Positions 14,924 to 17,943 of a stretch of 17,943 nucleotides of DNA are shown here, piece by piece. The stretch comes from an uncultured archaeon. Lineage in GTDB: Archaea > Iainarchaeota > Iainarchaeia > Iainarchaeales > CSSED10-239. Each line of letters begins with the position of its first letter. The first letter of the stretch is position 1. The notes under the pieces were generated by a model. The model was not told where the DNA came from. It saw only the letters and a program-made list of their open reading frames with translations, and searched no databases. The translations under genes and the position numbers were made by a program. The DNA lies in the NCBI GenBank assembly GCA_964586355.1, contig CAZPGO010000013.1:1-17943 (forward strand), read 5' to 3'.

Positions 14924-15293
14924 AATATTAATATAAATAAGGAAACTATTTATAAATAAAATGTTAGAAAAAAATAGTAGTTAGCTATAAGCCACTTTCT
15001 GTAATTAATTGGCAATTTATCTAAGCGGAAAAAATTTCCTTGCATTAGCAACCGTTCTTTTAGTCTACTTTCAGCTTCTTTTAATTTGCCTTTTTTTTCA
15101 GTTTTTCACATCATCTTTTTTGGTAAATTAAAATGTTTTTTTTCTGCAACAACTAAAAAAACTAAAATCTAATGAGTGGACTTTCCTAATTTTTAAAAAT
15201 CAAACAAGTTTTTGAAAAATGTTTGATTATATTAAAAATTTGCCAAAACACTAACTACTATAAAATAATAAAAGAAAAAAAGATATTTTAAAT

Positions 15294-15863
15294 CTATTGA
15301 TTTTTAATAATCTTTTTATATATCAACCAAACAACTATAACTTCTACAAAAGTTATTAAGGAAAATAAACTTGTATCTATATAATCATAGGAAAACACAG
15401 TAGTAAACACTAATGTAATCAAGGATCCTGTAATTATTGCATAGTAGATCAACTTATCTTTCTTTTTAAAAGGCAGATATAAAACTAAAACACTAACTAC
15501 TAAAGAAAGAATCATTCTAAACCAACTGACCTTTCTATTATATGATTTTAACTCTGCTTGATAGATCTTGTTTTGAAAATCACATTCTACTTGACAGTTT
15601 TTATTATATATTACTTCTCCTTTATCTACAGTACATTCTTTAATTATTGTTGCTTGTGGTTCTAAAGAATAATCACAGTTTTCATCATAAGAATGGGTTT
15701 TTGGATATGGAATATCAACATATCTATCATATTCTGGTCTTGTGAAAAAAAACTTGTCAACATTTACTAAAGTTGTAATTACAAGTGTTGCAATAATTAT
15801 AAAAATAACAATATCAACAATCTTTATTTTTATATCTTTTATTTCATTTTTTTTATTTGTCAT
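15294..15863 (-). CDS. Hypothetical membrane protein (N-terminal TM, Cys-containing middle domain, C-terminal TM helices)
   Basis: 189-aa ORF. It has a TM helix IVIFIIIATLVITTLV, a central domain with five Cys (NCDYS, ECTVDKG, NCQVECD) and three C-terminal hydrophobic helices. Confidence 0.65.
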   Translation of the reverse strand: MTNKKNEIKDIKIKIVDIVIFIIIATLVITTLVNVDKFFFTRPEYDRYVDIPYPKTHSYDENCDYSLEPQATIIKECTVDKGEVIYNKNCQVECDFQNKIYQAELKSYNRKVSWFRMILSLVVSVLVLYLPFKKKDKLIYYAIITGSLITLVFTTVFSYDYIDTSLFSLITFVEVIVVWLIYKKIIKNQ

Positions 15864-15869
15864 AATATA

Positions 15870-16592
15870 TCACATTTTTTTGTTTTCTTTTAATAATTCA
15901 TCAACTGCTGAAAAAAATGTTCCATTTAAAATAAACAAATACCACATAATAAACAGAGAGTAAATTGAAATATTAAAATAGGTTATTAGTAAGCCCTCTA
16001 TTATAGCTCCAATCAAAAGGAAAATAATAAAATACATTAAAAAAACACCTATTATAAAAAAGAATATTACTAAAAAGTTTTTAGAAAATATGTTCTTTAG
16101 ATGTTTTTTAAATTTAAATATTGACTCAAATTTACTTGTTTTAAAATATTCTATTAACCCAAATACTTTTATAATTTCTAAAACAATTGCGAATAAAAAA
16201 AACATAATAAAAAAAAATATGCCAAAAGCAGTGGTTGCAGAAAAACTTCCTAAAACCGTATCACTTAGTTGATTAAGTATAAAATCCGTACTTAAAAATA
16301 AAAGTGGTAAACTTCCAAAAGAAATAACAATTATTTGAAAAATTAAAAAAATAATTGAAGTGATTAAAGTTATAAAAGAATATTTTAATATAGGCTTATA
16401 GGCTTGCTTATAGTTTTTTAACTTATTTATTATTTTTGTGCCAAAAAACCCAATTCCAAGTAATAGAAATACAAAAAATGATAAAAAGAAAAATAAGTCA
16501 TTTATCAAAGATAAAAAACTAAATAAAAATAATGGTAAAAAGAATTTCCATTTTAGGTAGGGAAAACATATTGATTTTTTTAAGTCTATCAT
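15870..16592 (-). CDS. Hypothetical polytopic membrane protein (Phe/Ile-rich, at least five TM helices)
   Basis: 240-aa, very hydrophobic ORF. A TTTTATATAAAAAAA box lies about 20 nt upstream of the ATG. I cannot assign a family. Confidence 0.65.
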   Translation of the reverse strand: MIDLKKSICFPYLKWKFFLPLFLFSFLSLINDLFFFLSFFVFLLLGIGFFGTKIINKLKNYKQAYKPILKYSFITLITSIIFLIFQIIVISFGSLPLLFLSTDFILNQLSDTVLGSFSATTAFGIFFFIMFFLFAIVLEIIKVFGLIEYFKTSKFESIFKFKKHLKNIFSKNFLVIFFFIIGVFLMYFIIFLLIGAIIEGLLITYFNISIYSLFIMWYLFILNGTFFSAVDELLKENKKM

Positions 16593-16683
16593 ATTTATTT
16601 CAAAATTTTTTTATATAAAATAGTAGATCAAATTAAAGATCTATATATAACTATAAAAGTAAATCTATTTAAAGTTATATTTT

Positions 16684-16696
16684 AAAAAAAGTAAAA
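16684..16696 (-). terminator. Oligo-T tract (TTTTACTTTTTTT on the minus strand) immediately after tRNA-Ala
   Basis: The tract starts at the first nucleotide after the tRNA-Ala discriminator. Oligo-T is the usual archaeal termination signal. A TATA-like box for the next gene follows. Confidence 0.45.
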
Positions 16697-16768
16697 TGGA
16701 CTCTGCGAGATTCGAACTCGCGATCTCTTCCTTGCAAGGGAAGCGCCCTACCACTGAGCTAAGAGCCC
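16697..16768 (-). tRNA. tRNA-Ala (anticodon UGC)
   Basis: Hand-folded 72-nt cloverleaf: GGGCTCT-TA-GCTC-AGTGGTA-GGGC-G-CTTCC-CTTGCAA-GGAAG-AGATC-GCGAG-TTCGAAT-CTCGC-AGAGTCC-A. The G3:U70 alanine identity pair is present and no CCA is encoded. Confidence 0.95.
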
Positions 16769-16966
16769 ATTTTTATAAATAATTATTGTAAGGAAATATA
16801 TATAAATGTATTTTTAATTAGATAAAAAAATTTAAAGTGTTTTTATAAAAAAAAAGGTAAATTAATCTTGTTGTGAGATGGTTAGTAAATATATTTTAAT
16901 TATAGCTTGAAGCATATCGTTTTTTGAAAAACTCATTTTAAAATACTCTCAAATTTTTAATTAAAT

Positions 16967-17943
16967 AGGAGGTGATCCGTCCGCAGGTTCCCCTACGGAC
17001 ACCTTGTTACAACTTAGTCCGTCTCGCAAAATATAGAATAACATTAACCTTTAATAGATTAAAGTTCATCCACACTCTACTCAACTGGCTTGATGGGCGG
17101 TGTGTGCAAGGCGCAGGGACATATTCACCGCGCGATAGTGACGCGCGATTACTGGGGATTCCATCTTCATGTGGGTGAGTTACAACCCACAATCCGAACT
17201 TGGGTAAAGTTTTTGAGATTGCCACCCCTTTTCAGGTTAGATACTCTTTGTCTTTACCATTGTATGCCGCGTGTTGCCCAGAGTGATCGGGCTATACAGA
17301 TCTACCGTCGCCCACTCCTTCCTCATTGTTACCAATGCAGTCTTATTAGAGTGCCTCTATTTCTAAGAAATAAAGTAGCAACTAATAATGTGGGTCTCGC
17401 CCGTTACCTGAGTTAACAGGAAGCTTCGCAGTACGAGCTGGCGATGACCATACAGCACCTCTCAGCGCATCAGGTAAGCCCTTCAGACTGACCATCATAT
17501 TGCTGTCTACTCTGGTAAGATATCTGGCGTTTCATCCAATTAAACCGCAGCATCCACCCCTTGTAGTGCACCCCCGCCAATTCCATTAAGTTTCAGTCTT
17601 GCGACAGTACTTCCCAGGCGGCGGATTTAATGATTTCTCTTCGGCCCTGAGATAACTCGTGATTATCCCAACACCTAATCCGCATCGTTTACGGCTGGGA
17701 CTAACCGGGTATCTAATCCGGGTTGCGCCCCCAGCTTTCGTGTCTCACTGTCAGATTAGTCCTCGTTGAGCGCCTTCGCCACAGATGGTCTTCTTGGTAT
17801 CTTAAGATTCTACTCCTACTCTAAAAATACCCTTAACGTCTCCCGGTCTCTAGTCATGCTAGTATCTTTTGCGGCCGACCAGTTAAGCTGGGCGATTTAA
17901 CAAAAGACTTGTTCAACCGGCTACAGATGCTTTAGGCCCAATA
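16967..17943 (-). rRNA. 16S rRNA, 3' ~977 nt (partial; the 5' part lies beyond the window edge)
   Basis: The plus strand begins aggaggtgatcc, which is the reverse complement of the GGATCACCTCCT 3' terminus with the anti-SD. Conserved blocks are present: ccttgttacaactt, gggcggtgtgtgcaagg, the archaeal-type cccccgccaattcc, and ggactaaccgggtatctaatcc. The window ends at tttaggcccaata (the TATTGGGCCTAAAG region). GC is much higher than in the surrounding DNA. Confidence 0.97.

Noticed and set aside
15085-15135. A C/D-box sRNA on the minus strand (GATGATGT ... CTGA ... CTGA).
   Set aside because: The C-like box is imperfect. The box spacing (6 nt to the first CTGA) does not fit the ~12-nt guide architecture of archaeal C/D RNAs, and there is no terminal stem.
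15245-15502. A 16-nt direct repeat, aaaacactaactacta, at 15245-15260 and 15487-15502. Also an 11-nt inverted match to tagtagttag near 14976.
   Set aside because: My rough estimate is that a few exact 16-mers are expected by chance in 18 kb of DNA this AT-rich and low in complexity. One copy is inside a coding region, and no larger structure is built on the repeats.
16972-17416. Track ORFs 16972..17178(+), 17007..17225(-) and 17090..17416(+).
   Set aside because: They lie inside the 16S rRNA gene. They are open only because the rRNA is GC-richer and has few stop triplets.
1-17943. CRISPR arrays, IS elements or transposases, and stop-codon reassignment.
   Set aside because: I saw no regularly spaced direct repeats. 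No DDE or tyrosine/serine recombinase motifs appear in any ORF. Genes end in TAA or TGA with normal lengths, so there is no sign of recoding.

Overview
The window is strongly AT-rich (roughly three-quarters A+T by eye), gene-dense archaeal DNA. The right edge holds the 3' ~980 nt of a 16S rRNA gene on the minus strand, with archaeal signature stretches. It is followed by tRNA-Ala(UGC) and an oligo-T tract, and there is no 23S gene. A second tRNA, tRNA-Tyr(GUA), has the archaeal/eukaryal C1:G72 pair, a short variable arm and a 50-nt intron at 37/38. Together with many small lineage-specific ORFs and several nucleotide-salvage genes, this suggests a small-genome DPANN-type archaeon; that assignment is inference only. 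I support 22 protein genes plus one small unlisted ORF. They include an Obg/YchF-like GTPase, two tandem Zn-phospholipase-C-like paralogs, a P-loop kinase fused to dCMP deaminase, and two GNAT acetyltransferases. They also include a TVP38/DedA-like membrane protein, a HAD hydrolase, a Fic AMPylase, thymidine kinase, three divergent kinase-like proteins and several membrane or hypothetical proteins. Five things deserve a second look. (1) A 27-bp direct repeat of the tRNA-Tyr 3' end brackets a 1.2-kb islet whose only gene is an intact, auto-inhibited Fic enzyme, with operator-like repeats over its promoter. (2) A three-gene minus-strand operon ends in a kinase-deaminase fusion with the same domain architecture as bacterial nucleotide-depletion defence deaminases. 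(3) Three very divergent protein-kinase-like proteins each sit immediately upstream of a nucleotide-handling enzyme gene. (4) A nucleotidyltransferase gene has its catalytic motif upstream of the only in-frame ATG. (5) Two tandem pairs of paralogs are present, one of them from an unrecognisable family co-transcribed with tdk. No CRISPR array, integrase or transposase is visible.
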